Below, one piece after another: positions 1 through 11,855 of a DNA stretch of 25,346 bases. The DNA is from Luteimonas sp. GTDB taxonomy: Bacteria > Pseudomonadota > Gammaproteobacteria > Xanthomonadales > Xanthomonadaceae. A model generated the notes under the pieces. It saw only the letters and a list, made by a program, of their open reading frames with translations, made no database searches and was not told where the DNA came from. The DNA lies in NCBI GenBank assembly GCA_043737255.1, contig JAYTAY010000001.1, positions 1 through 25,346 on the forward strand, written 5' to 3'. A program made the position numbers and the translations under genes. Every line of letters starts with the position of its first letter. Within the stretch, counting starts at the first letter, position 1.

Positions 1-32
1 GAAGCCTCCCCCACGAATAGCAAGCGGCGATG

Positions 33-61
33 AAAAAAAGAGGCCGCGATGCGGCCTCTTT
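33..61 (-). terminator. Rho-independent terminator of the 89..604 gene
   Basis: Perfect stem AAAGAGGCCGC(37-47)/GCGGCCTCTTT(51-61) with a 3-nt loop. The A-run at 33-39 reads as a U-tract on the minus strand. Confidence 0.85.
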
Positions 62-88
62 CAATTGCGAAGACGATTCGAGCGTCGA

Positions 89-604
89 TCACTTCGGACA
101 GGGCACGCCCTCGACCGCCATCGCGGCGGCGTACATCGGGATTGCCGCGATGTCACCCTTCCTTGCGGCGTCGACCGATTCCTTCAGATAGATGCGCGAG
201 CGGCCCTGTGCGTCGAGCTTCGGCGGCACGGCGTTCGCTGGTTTGCGCCAGACGCGCACGACCGCCTGCTGGGTGGCGCAGGTGGCGTTGGGCACGCGGA
301 TCACGTCATTGAATTTCCAGCCGGAGTCCGCGCTGGGTTTGGCCTTGGCCGCATCGACGAACTTGGCGCGCGCCTGGCAGTTGGGGCTGGTGCGGACGAC
401 GGCGAATTTGTACGGCTGCGCGGATTGGCCGGTGAACTGGCCTTCCATGCGGGCGCAGGCTTCGGGGATGGTGCGCAGGGTGTGCACGGCGCCGATGACT
501 TGCGGCTTGGCGGCGTCGCGTTTGATTTCCGGGGTGGGGTCGGCGGCGGAGACCGGCAACATCACTACCAGACCGAGAACAGCAAGCAATGGGGCGAATC
601 GCAT
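89..604 (-). CDS. Secreted hypothetical protein (171 aa, Sec signal peptide, 4 Cys)
   Basis: Start moved from 655 to the ATG at 604 because AGGAGA lies just upstream and the N-terminus MRFAPLLAVLGLVVMLPVSAA is signal-peptide-like. A terminator follows. Confidence 0.8.
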   Translation of the reverse strand: MRFAPLLAVLGLVVMLPVSAADPTPEIKRDAAKPQVIGAVHTLRTIPEACARMEGQFTGQSAQPYKFAVVRTSPNCQARAKFVDAAKAKPSADSGWKFNDVIRVPNATCATQQAVVRVWRKPANAVPPKLDAQGRSRIYLKESVDAARKGDIAAIPMYAAAMAVEGVPCPK

Positions 605-715
605 GGTGGATCTCCTCAAATCAGGTGCGAAGGCTGTCATGGGGCGGCTGAACATGGGCCGTTGACTGGGTCGAGTCCTGAATCATCGGGGCCATCACGC
701 GCGATTTGATCCTTA

Positions 716-864
716 GTAGGGCGGAATCGACGCAATCGCTTCCGCCGCATGTGACGCGTCCGATCAATCCCCGGCGCCCGGAGTTCGCCTCGATCGGAAC
801 GACATGCGGCGGAAGCCGCTACGCGAAGCGCTTTTCAACAGCGAAGCTGGTCATTCCGCCCTAC
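716..864. repeat. GTAG-family REPIN (long inverted REP doublet)
   Basis: Outer IR GTAGGGCGGAAT(716-727)/ATTCCGCCCTAC(853-864), inner IR GCTTCCGCCGCATGT(738-752)/ACATGCGGCGGAAGC(802-816), innermost TCCGATC/GATCGGA. Confidence 0.85.
834..853 (-). repeat. Nested hairpin module, copy 1 (TGACCAGCTTCGCTGTTGAA on minus)
   Basis: Read directly. It lies inside the right arm of the 716-864 REPIN and is absent from the left arm. Confidence 0.8.
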
Positions 865-873
865 GGGATCTCT

Positions 874-894
874 GTACAACAGCGCAGCTGGTCA
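874..894 (-). repeat. Nested hairpin module, copy 2 (TGACCAGCTGCGCTGTTGTAC on minus)
   Basis: Read directly. Same orientation as copy 1, 20 nt away, and abutting the AACCCAGTGGC part of a CGTC-type REP. Confidence 0.8.
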
Positions 895-957
895 ACCCAG
901 TGGCTGTTGGCTTTCAACGGCTTGAGGCGCTGGATCCCCGCGTTCGCGGGATGACGG
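894..957. repeat. CGTC-family REP doublet with truncated left arm
   Basis: Right arm CTGGATCCCCGCGTTCGCGGGATGACGG (930-957) has the typical CGTC-tagged palindrome form. Only AACCCAGTGGC remains of the left arm. Confidence 0.75.
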
Positions 958-974
958 CCATGCTGTCCGCCGAG

Positions 975-1062
975 CGTAGCCCGGGTAAGGCTGCAGGCCG
1001 CACCCGGTGATTTTCGTCACGTCTTGGAAAGCCCCGCATGCGCTGCGCTTACCCGGGCTACG
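975..1062. repeat. GTAG-family REPIN
   Basis: Perfect 15-bp IR CGTAGCCCGGGTAAG(975-989)/CTTACCCGGGCTACG(1048-1062). Confidence 0.85.
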
Positions 1063-1204
1063 AAATGCGTCTCCCCGCGCAACAACGTCCCCACCCCGAA
1101 GGCAGAGCTCTTGACGGTTTGGCTGGTCTGCGGACCCTGTGCGATAGTCGCGGGGTTTTGCAAAGCAGCAATTTCGACATCGGCATCACTCGGGGAGAGG
1201 ATTC

Positions 1205-3280
<2,076 letters not shown>

Positions 3281-3300
3281 TTGTTGTCGCGGAGATGACG

Positions 3301-3334
3301 AAGAGGCCCCGCACGTGCGGGGCTTCTTTTTTTT
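3301..3334 (+). terminator. Rho-independent terminator of hppA
   Basis: GC-rich stem GAGGCCCCGCAC/GTGCGGGGCTTC followed by 8 T (3327-3334). Confidence 0.9.
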
Positions 3335-3346
3335 AGCACCCTCGCC

Positions 3347-3423
3347 TCTTGTAGGAGCGCCCCATGGGCGCGATGAGGCATTCCCGGAAAAGCCCACCGC
3401 ACGCATGGGGCGCTCCTGCAAGA
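3347..3423. repeat. GTAG-family REPIN
   Basis: 20-bp IR TCTTGTAGGAGCGCCCCATG(3347-3366)/CATGGGGCGCTCCTGCAAGA(3404-3423) with one mismatch. Confidence 0.85.
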
Positions 3424-3513
3424 GAGCCGATTCTTCGTTACGTTCCACCACCGCGTAAAATGCGCGCTCCGCATCGCGAGATCAGCCCCCGCAGCGCACT
3501 TTGGAGCATCCCC

Positions 3514-4062
3514 ATGGCCCTTGCCCTTGTCCCCACCGGCAACAATCCACCCGACGAAATCAACGTCATCATCGAGATCCCGAAAGACGCCGAACCGGTC
3601 AAGTACGAAGTGGACAAGGCCAGCGGCGCGATCTTCGTCGACCGCGTGCTGTCCACGCCGATGCGCTATCCCTGCAATTACGGCTACGTCCCGCACACGC
3701 TGTGCGGCGATGGCGATCCCGCCGACGTGCTGGTGCTGATGCCGCTGGCGCTGATCCCCGGTTCGGTGATCCGCGTGCGTCCGGTGGGTGTGTTGCGGAT
3801 GAAAGACGAGGCCGGCGACGACGAAAAAATCCTGGCCGTGCCAATCAACAAGGTGTTCCCGAGTTACGCGCACATCGAGCATCTCGACGACGTGCCCAAG
3901 CACTGGCTCGACCGGATCGGCTACTTCTTCGAGCACTACAAGGACCTGGAAGTCGGCAAGTGGGTCAAGCTCGATGGCTGGGGCGGCCGCGATGAAGCCC
4001 GCCAGGTGCTGCGCGATTCGATCACGCGCTACAACGACACGCCGGACAAGCCGAATTTCTGA
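3514..4062 (+). CDS. ppa: Soluble family I inorganic pyrophosphatase
   Basis: Motifs EIPK, KYEVDK, YPCNYGYVP, DGDPADVLV, DEAGDDEK and FFEHYKDLE. Start at ATG 3514 after GGAG; the ORF's 50-codon extension runs through the REPIN. Confidence 0.96.
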   Translation: MALALVPTGNNPPDEINVIIEIPKDAEPVKYEVDKASGAIFVDRVLSTPMRYPCNYGYVPHTLCGDGDPADVLVLMPLALIPGSVIRVRPVGVLRMKDEAGDDEKILAVPINKVFPSYAHIEHLDDVPKHWLDRIGYFFEHYKDLEVGKWVKLDGWGGRDEARQVLRDSITRYNDTPDKPNF

Positions 4063-4069
4063 TGCATGC

Positions 4070-4135
4070 GTCGGGTGGGTCCCGGCCCATCGCTCATCGT
4101 TAGAAGTACGGCCACTGTGGGCCAAGGCACCCTAC
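4070..4135. repeat. Degenerate GTAG-family REP doublet between convergent genes
   Basis: GTCGGGTGGGTCCCGGCCCATC (4070-4091) and, on minus, GTAGGGTGCCTTGGCCCACAG (4135-4115). Confidence 0.65.
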
Positions 4136-4821
4136 TTGCGATCCCTCTCGCGGACGATGGTCAGGCCGATCAGGCGCGACACCACGGTGGCGATGTAGCC
4201 GACACCGGTGAAGGCTTCCAGCATCACCAGCACGCGCGCGGGTGAACTGATCGGAACGATGTCGCTCAGGCCCACCGAGGACAGCACGCTGAAGCTCAGG
4301 AACAGCAGTTCCATCCAACTTCGCGGCCGCGCCGGTTCGACCATGCCGGTGAAGCTGTCGGGATACCAAGCCTGACAGACGAAGAATGCGTAAGCGAACC
4401 CCCATGCCAGCAGGGTGAACGTCGCACCCGCCGCGAACAGCTCATCGGCCGTGACCCGGTGGTCGTGCAGCATGTACAGGATCAGGCCGCCGGCGGCATA
4501 GAAATACAGCGCCGCCTCCAGCAGAGAAGAGGCGACCAGCAATCCCGGACGATCGAACACGATCGCCATTACCGACAACACCATGGCGGGCAGCGCCAGC
4601 GACCAGGCGATCCAGTTCACCGCGTGGCTGCGATTCACCACCCAGACCGCCAGCGGCACGATCACCAGAGCCACCGCGCTGAACAACACGCGGCCGGTCT
4701 GGGTCTCGTCCATCAATGGATACAGCAGCAGGCTCAGCAATTGTGCCGCCAACAGGATCGCCGACGGATGGCGGCGCGCCAGCGAGGTCCAGTGAGAGTT
4801 ACGTTCGGCCGGAAGCTGCAT
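4132..4821 (-). CDS. Pore-loop ion channel (Ion_trans_2-like C-terminus), paralog 1
   Basis: Several N-terminal hydrophobic helices, then a helix-pore-helix module: WMELLFLSFSVLSSVGLSDIVP...MLEAFTGVGYIATVVSRLIG. Confidence 0.8.
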   Translation of the reverse strand: MQLPAERNSHWTSLARRHPSAILLAAQLLSLLLYPLMDETQTGRVLFSAVALVIVPLAVWVVNRSHAVNWIAWSLALPAMVLSVMAIVFDRPGLLVASSLLEAALYFYAAGGLILYMLHDHRVTADELFAAGATFTLLAWGFAYAFFVCQAWYPDSFTGMVEPARPRSWMELLFLSFSVLSSVGLSDIVPISSPARVLVMLEAFTGVGYIATVVSRLIGLTIVRERDRK

Positions 4822-4954
4822 GGGGCTGGAGTCCTTGGCGAGGGCTCAGTCGATCACAGCCATGCGCGGCAGCGCAACCGGCGAAACGTCGTGGATCACC
4901 GGGGCCGCCAAGCGATCATGGCGGGTTGCAACGAATCGAACTTGCCCCCGAGGA

Positions 4955-5557
4955 TTAGTTCGCGGGCACCGGCTGCGACGACCCGGCGCGATACGGATAG
5001 CGCAGGAAGATTTCCGCGATCGATCGATCGACTTCCAGCGCCCGCTCCTGCGGCGTCTTCTGGATCACGCGACCGATCGCGTCGCCGGTCCACACCAGGC
5101 GATTGCGCGTGGCATCGACCAGATCGACGCTGAGCGTGCCTTCGGTGTAACGGCTGACCCGCGCCTCGTCGTACCAGTAAGGCACCGCCACATAGCTCCG
5201 CGCGCGGTAGTTGTAGTAGTACTGGTAGTCGACCCTGGGCATGGAATACACGTCTGTACGTTCCTCGACGATGCCCTGGAAATTGACGCGTAGGTCAGGC
5301 ACGGTTTCGTTGTAGACATATCCGCGTGCGACCATTTCGCGGTGGAGGTTGGTCTTGATGCGGTCGGTGATGTAGGTCGAATAGCCCGACGCTTCCATCG
5401 CGATCGGCTGGTAGAAAGCGTACGTGCGATAGCGGCCGAAGTCCGCTTCCGGATCGAAATCGGTGCGGATGCGCGGGCCGGTAACGCAACCGGCGAGCAC
5501 TGCCAACAGAGCACACAGCGCAAACATCATGGTCTTGCCGGAACGCGAACGGTTCAT
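4955..5557 (-). CDS. DUF4136-like lipoprotein
   Basis: Lipobox LAGC. Family-typical DFDPEADFGRYRTYAF at the N-terminus and EGTLSVDLVDATRNRLVWTGDA near the C-terminus. Confidence 0.8.
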   Translation of the reverse strand: MNRSRSGKTMMFALCALLAVLAGCVTGPRIRTDFDPEADFGRYRTYAFYQPIAMEASGYSTYITDRIKTNLHREMVARGYVYNETVPDLRVNFQGIVEERTDVYSMPRVDYQYYYNYRARSYVAVPYWYDEARVSRYTEGTLSVDLVDATRNRLVWTGDAIGRVIQKTPQERALEVDRSIAEIFLRYPYRAGSSQPVPAN

Positions 5558-5661
5558 GGGTGTTCTCCGATCAATGGTCTTCAGTGTAAGACCGCAGCGG
5601 CGCTGGTTGGGGCCCGGTCAGCGCACGTGTCGGCAGCGTTGTCGCGAGTTCATGCAGCCGT

Positions 5662-8465
<2,804 letters not shown>

Positions 8466-8505
8466 GGGGTATTGGAACATGCGACCAGTGGCGGGGCTAG
8501 CGCCG

Positions 8506-8741
8506 CATCTCCCTTGGGGAGAAGGTGGCGCGAAACGCCGGACACCCCGAAAGAAGCACCCTTGGGGTCTGGGGGCGGGAAAGTAACTTGCCACGAACGT
8601 CCACTACGACTGAACCTCTACACCCTCATCCATCCTTCTGGCACCTCGCTGTGCGCTCCAACCTTCGCGCCAGCGCTCAGGCGTTCATCGCGCGCGGACC
8701 AGTGCTCCGCAAACGCTCCTCTTCACCCCGAAAGGAGAAGG
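8506..8741. repeat. Degenerate inverted doublet of the CCTTCTCCC-GGGAGAAGG...GGATGAGGG repeat type, with internal insertions
   Basis: Left copy TCTCCCTTGGGGAGAAGGTGGCGCGAAACGCCGGA (within 8506-8542). Right inverted copy CCCTCATCCATCCTTCTGGCACCT (8623-8646)...CTTCACCCCGAAAGGAGAAGG (8721-8741). Confidence 0.6.
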
Positions 8742-8749
8742 AAAAGCCG

Positions 8750-9805
8750 TCATCGCAATGAATCGTTGATCTTCTCGAGCGTGGCGATGCCTGGCGACAA
8801 CTCGGCCGCATTCAAGGTATTCAACGGCGCGGCGACGGTATTGAGATGCCCGTGCAAGTCATCCGCCACCGGATCGACGAACAACAATCCCGTCACCACT
8901 TCGCCCGCCGCCTGCCGCTGCTGGATGATGTTCATCGCAGCGATGCGGTCGCGCGGATCGTAGGCATCGTCCAGCTTGCGCAGGCGCAGTACCGAGCCGT
9001 TGTGTTGCTCGACCTCGATGGTCTCGCCCGCGCGGTAATCGACCGCAATCTCGGCGCGCGGCACCATCACGTCGAGCTGGTTGACGGCGTCGTTGTGTTC
9101 GCGCACGTAGTCGTAGCTTTTGGTGCTGCCGGCGTGGTTGTTGAACGCGACGCATGGGCTGATGACATCCAGGAATGCGGCGCCGCGATGCGACAGCGCG
9201 CCCCTGATCAGCGGCACCAGTTGCGGCTTGTCACCCGAGAAGCTGCGTGCAACATAAGTCGCACCCAGTTGCAGCGCCATCATCACCAGGTCGATCGGAC
9301 TGTCGCTGTTGGCGACGCCTTTCTTCGACATCGAACCCTGGTCGGCGGTCGCGGAAAACTGGCCCTTGGTGAGTCCGTACACGCCGTTGTTCTCGACGAT
9401 GTAGACCATGTTCACGCCGCGCCGGATCGCATGCACGAACTGGCCGATGCCGATCGATGCAGAATCGCCATCACCGGATACACCGAGATAGATCAGTTCG
9501 CGATTGGCGAGATTGGCGCCGGTCAGCACCGACGGCATGCGCCCGTGCACGGTGTTGAAGCCGTGCGACTGGCCTAGGAAGTAGTCCGGCGTCTTGCTGC
9601 TGCAGCCGATGCCCGACAGCTTGGCGACGCGGTGCGGCTCGATGTCGAGTTCCCAGCAGGCCTGGATGATGGCCGCGGAGATCGAGTCGTGGCCGCAGCC
9701 TGCGCACAGCGTGCTGATTTTCCCCTCGTAATCGCGACGGGTAAAGCCGATCGCGTTGCAGCCGAGGGAGGGGTGGTGGAGTTTTGGCTTGGTGAGGTAG
9801 GTCAT
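8750..9805 (-). CDS. 2-oxoacid:ferredoxin oxidoreductase beta subunit (KorB-like, TPP-binding)
   Basis: CAGCGH, SGIGCSS, HGRMPSV, TPP motif GDGDSASIG...ENNGVYGLTKGQ, and ISPCV. The substrate cannot be determined from sequence. Confidence 0.92.
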   Translation of the reverse strand: MTYLTKPKLHHPSLGCNAIGFTRRDYEGKISTLCAGCGHDSISAAIIQACWELDIEPHRVAKLSGIGCSSKTPDYFLGQSHGFNTVHGRMPSVLTGANLANRELIYLGVSGDGDSASIGIGQFVHAIRRGVNMVYIVENNGVYGLTKGQFSATADQGSMSKKGVANSDSPIDLVMMALQLGATYVARSFSGDKPQLVPLIRGALSHRGAAFLDVISPCVAFNNHAGSTKSYDYVREHNDAVNQLDVMVPRAEIAVDYRAGETIEVEQHNGSVLRLRKLDDAYDPRDRIAAMNIIQQRQAAGEVVTGLLFVDPVADDLHGHLNTVAAPLNTLNAAELSPGIATLEKINDSLR

Positions 9806-10017
9806 GACTGCAACTCAACGATGCCGCAAATTCCGAGGTCGTCGTGACCAGCCAGCCGGCTGTTGAACATTACGCGAGGGCGGGAACCCAGCGACTTTTG
9901 TTTCGGGGTTCCAACGCACCCAAGCGAGAGCCGCTGGGTTGACCACCTTACGCTGTTGAACAACGCTTGCGCCTTCGCGGTAATGACGAGCAACAGCGAC
10001 AGCAGCGTCCGCCTCAT
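9802..10017 (-). CDS. Putative 71-aa bridging ORF between alpha and beta genes (REP-derived)
   Basis: Its ATG (10017-10015) overlaps the alpha stop and its TGA (9804-9802) overlaps the beta ATG. It starts after GGGAGA. Translation is not demonstrated. Confidence 0.45.
   Translation of the reverse strand: MRRTLLSLLLVITAKAQALFNSVRWSTQRLSLGCVGTPKQKSLGSRPRVMFNSRLAGHDDLGICGIVELQS
9845..9868 (+). repeat. Nested hairpin module, copy 3 (TGACCAGCCAGCCGGCTGTTGAAC)
   Basis: Read directly. Same ends as copies 1 and 2 with a longer loop. Confidence 0.75.
9940..9961 (+). repeat. Nested hairpin module, copy 4 (TGACCACCTTACGCTGTTGAAC)
   Basis: Read directly. Preceded by GCCGCTGGGT, as copy 2 is preceded by GCCACTGGGT. 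Followed by AACGCTT, as copy 1 is followed by AAGCGCTT. Confidence 0.75.
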
Positions 10018-11855
10018 GCAACTTTCTCCCGTTGCATCGCCGGACGCACTCGCGCCGCAATGGCATCGGCGATGAAACGTGCCGTAACCGGCGTGCCGTC
10101 GTAATGCAACACCGCAACCAGCCGCGCCGGATCGATGCCGAACTCGTTGACCAGCAACGAGCGCAATTGAGCATCGCGGTTCTGTTCGATCACGAACACC
10201 GATTCATGCGCATCGATGAAGGCGCGCACGGATTCAGGAAACGGAAACGCGCGTACACGCAGCGTGTCCAGCGCGATTCCTTCATCGCGCAAACACTCGA
10301 TGGCCTCCTGCATCGCCGGACTGGTCGAACCGAAATAGATCGCGCCATGTTTCGCCGGCACATCCGACTGGCGCACGATCGGCTGCGGCACCAGCGCCTT
10401 GGCGCTGTCGAACTTCTGCAACAACCGTTGCATGTTGTAGACGTAATCTGCACCGCGCTCGGAATATTGCGCCTGCGGATTGCGCGAGGTGCCGCGGGTG
10501 AAATATGCGCCCTTGTCGGGGTGCGTGCCCGGATAGGTGCGGTACGGGATGCCGTCGCCGTCGATGTCCTTGTAGCGCGCGAACTCCCTGCCCGTATCCA
10601 GCACATCGGCGGTCATCACCTTGCCGCGGTCGTAGGCGCGCGCGTCGTTCCACACGAACGGCGCGCACAGGCGCTGGTTCATGCCGATGTCGAGGTCGGT
10701 CATCACGAACACCGGCGTCTGCAGGCGGTCGGCAAGATCGAGCGCGGCGGCGGCAAATTCGAAACACTCATGCGGATCTTCCGGAAACAACAGCACGTGC
10801 TTGGTGTCGCCATGCGACGCATACGCGCACGCCAGCACATCGGACTGTTGCGTGCGCGTCGGCATGCCGGTCGACGGCCCGCCGCGCTGCACGTCGATGA
10901 TGGTCACCGGAATTTCGGCGAAATAGGCCAGGCCGATGAACTCGTTCATCAACGACACGCCCGGGCCCGACGTCGTGGTGAATGCACGCGCGCCATTCCA
11001 CCCGGCGCCGACCACCATGCCGATCGATGCGATCTCGTCCTCGGCCTGGATGATCGCGAACCGGTGCTCGCCGGTGACGGGATCGACGCGGTATTTCTGG
11101 CAATACTTTTCGAACGCCTCGGCCAGCGACGACGACGGCGTGATCGGATACCACGCGCATACCGTCGCTCCGCCGTAGACACAACCTAGTGCGGCTGCGG
11201 CGTTGCCCTCGACGAAGATGCGGTCCCCGACCGCATCGGCCGCCTGCACGCGCAGGCCGATCGGATATTGCAGATGCTCGCGCACCCAGTCGCGGCCCAG
11301 ATGCAACGCCTCGATGTTGGGCTTCAGCAACTTCTCCTTGCCCTTGTACTGCGCAGCGATGAGCATCTCGATCGTCGGCACGTCGATGTCCAGCAGCGCG
11401 CTCAGCGCACCGACATACATGATGTTCTTGAACAACTGGCGCAGGCGCGGATCGCTCCAGGCCTCGTTGCAGATCTGGGTCAGCGGCACGCCGAGGATAT
11501 GGATGTCGTCGCGGAATTTCGACTTCGGCAGCGGCTTGCTGTTGTCGTAGAACAGATAGCCGCCCGGTTCGATCTCGGCGACATCGACGTCCCAGGTCTG
11601 CGGGTTCATCGCCACCATCAGGTCGACACCACCACGCCGTCCGAGCCAGCCGCGTTCGGACACGCGCACCTCGTACCATGTCGGCAAACCCTGAATGTTC
11701 GACGGAAAGATGTTGCGCGGGCTGACCGGCACGCCCATGCGCAGGATCGCCTTGGCGAACAGTTCGTTGGCGGATGCGGAACCGGAACCGTTGACGTTGG
11801 CGAACTTGACGACGAAGTCGTTGGTGGATTGCAGGGGAGCGTGGGCGGGGGTCAT
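10014..11855 (-). CDS. 2-oxoacid:ferredoxin oxidoreductase alpha subunit (gamma-alpha fusion, KorA-like)
   Basis: N-terminal FANVNGSGSASAN gamma-like domain, WYPITPSS, QAEDEIAS, TSGPGVSLM and QRGGPSTGMPT. Start at ATG 11855 after GAGGT. Confidence 0.92.
   Translation of the reverse strand: MTPAHAPLQSTNDFVVKFANVNGSGSASANELFAKAILRMGVPVSPRNIFPSNIQGLPTWYEVRVSERGWLGRRGGVDLMVAMNPQTWDVDVAEIEPGGYLFYDNSKPLPKSKFRDDIHILGVPLTQICNEAWSDPRLRQLFKNIMYVGALSALLDIDVPTIEMLIAAQYKGKEKLLKPNIEALHLGRDWVREHLQYPIGLRVQAADAVGDRIFVEGNAAAALGCVYGGATVCAWYPITPSSSLAEAFEKYCQKYRVDPVTGEHRFAIIQAEDEIASIGMVVGAGWNGARAFTTTSGPGVSLMNEFIGLAYFAEIPVTIIDVQRGGPSTGMPTRTQQSDVLACAYASHGDTKHVLLFPEDPHECFEFAAAALDLADRLQTPVFVMTDLDIGMNQRLCAPFVWNDARAYDRGKVMTADVLDTGREFARYKDIDGDGIPYRTYPGTHPDKGAYFTRGTSRNPQAQYSERGADYVYNMQRLLQKFDSAKALVPQPIVRQSDVPAKHGAIYFGSTSPAMQEAIECLRDEGIALDTLRVRAFPFPESVRAFIDAHESVFVIEQNRDAQLRSLLVNEFGIDPARLVAVLHYDGTPVTARFIADAIAARVRPAMQREKVA

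Larger units (their letters stand above)
9840..9988. repeat. CGTC-family REP doublet, each arm interrupted by the nested module
   Basis: CGTC[module]ATTACGCGAGGGCGGGAACCCAGCGACTT ... GCCGCTGGGT[module]...CGCCTTCGCGGTAATGACG. Confidence 0.75.

Noticed and set aside
834-894. Two 20-21 bp direct repeats with a 20-nt spacer as a mini-CRISPR
   Set aside because: Only two units, the spacer is itself REP sequence, and no cas genes or leader are present.
1063-1204. Possible riboswitch or sigma70 promoter upstream of hppA (TTGACG at 1111, GATAGT at 1143)
   Set aside because: The 26-bp spacing is wrong for this pair and no recognisable aptamer is present.
3364-3513. N-terminal extensions in the ORF track (ppa from 3364; also thiC 8303, alpha 11888, DGC 15627, tolC 21494, waaA 24391)
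   Set aside because: They lack family similarity and run through repeats or neighbouring genes. Downstream ATGs fit RBS positions or family N-termini better.
9845-9961. GTTGAAC in the module matches the integron core GTTRRRY (attC/attI idea)
   Set aside because: No paired RYYYAAC...GTTRRRY attC stem around an ORF, no integrase, and the 7-mer is degenerate.
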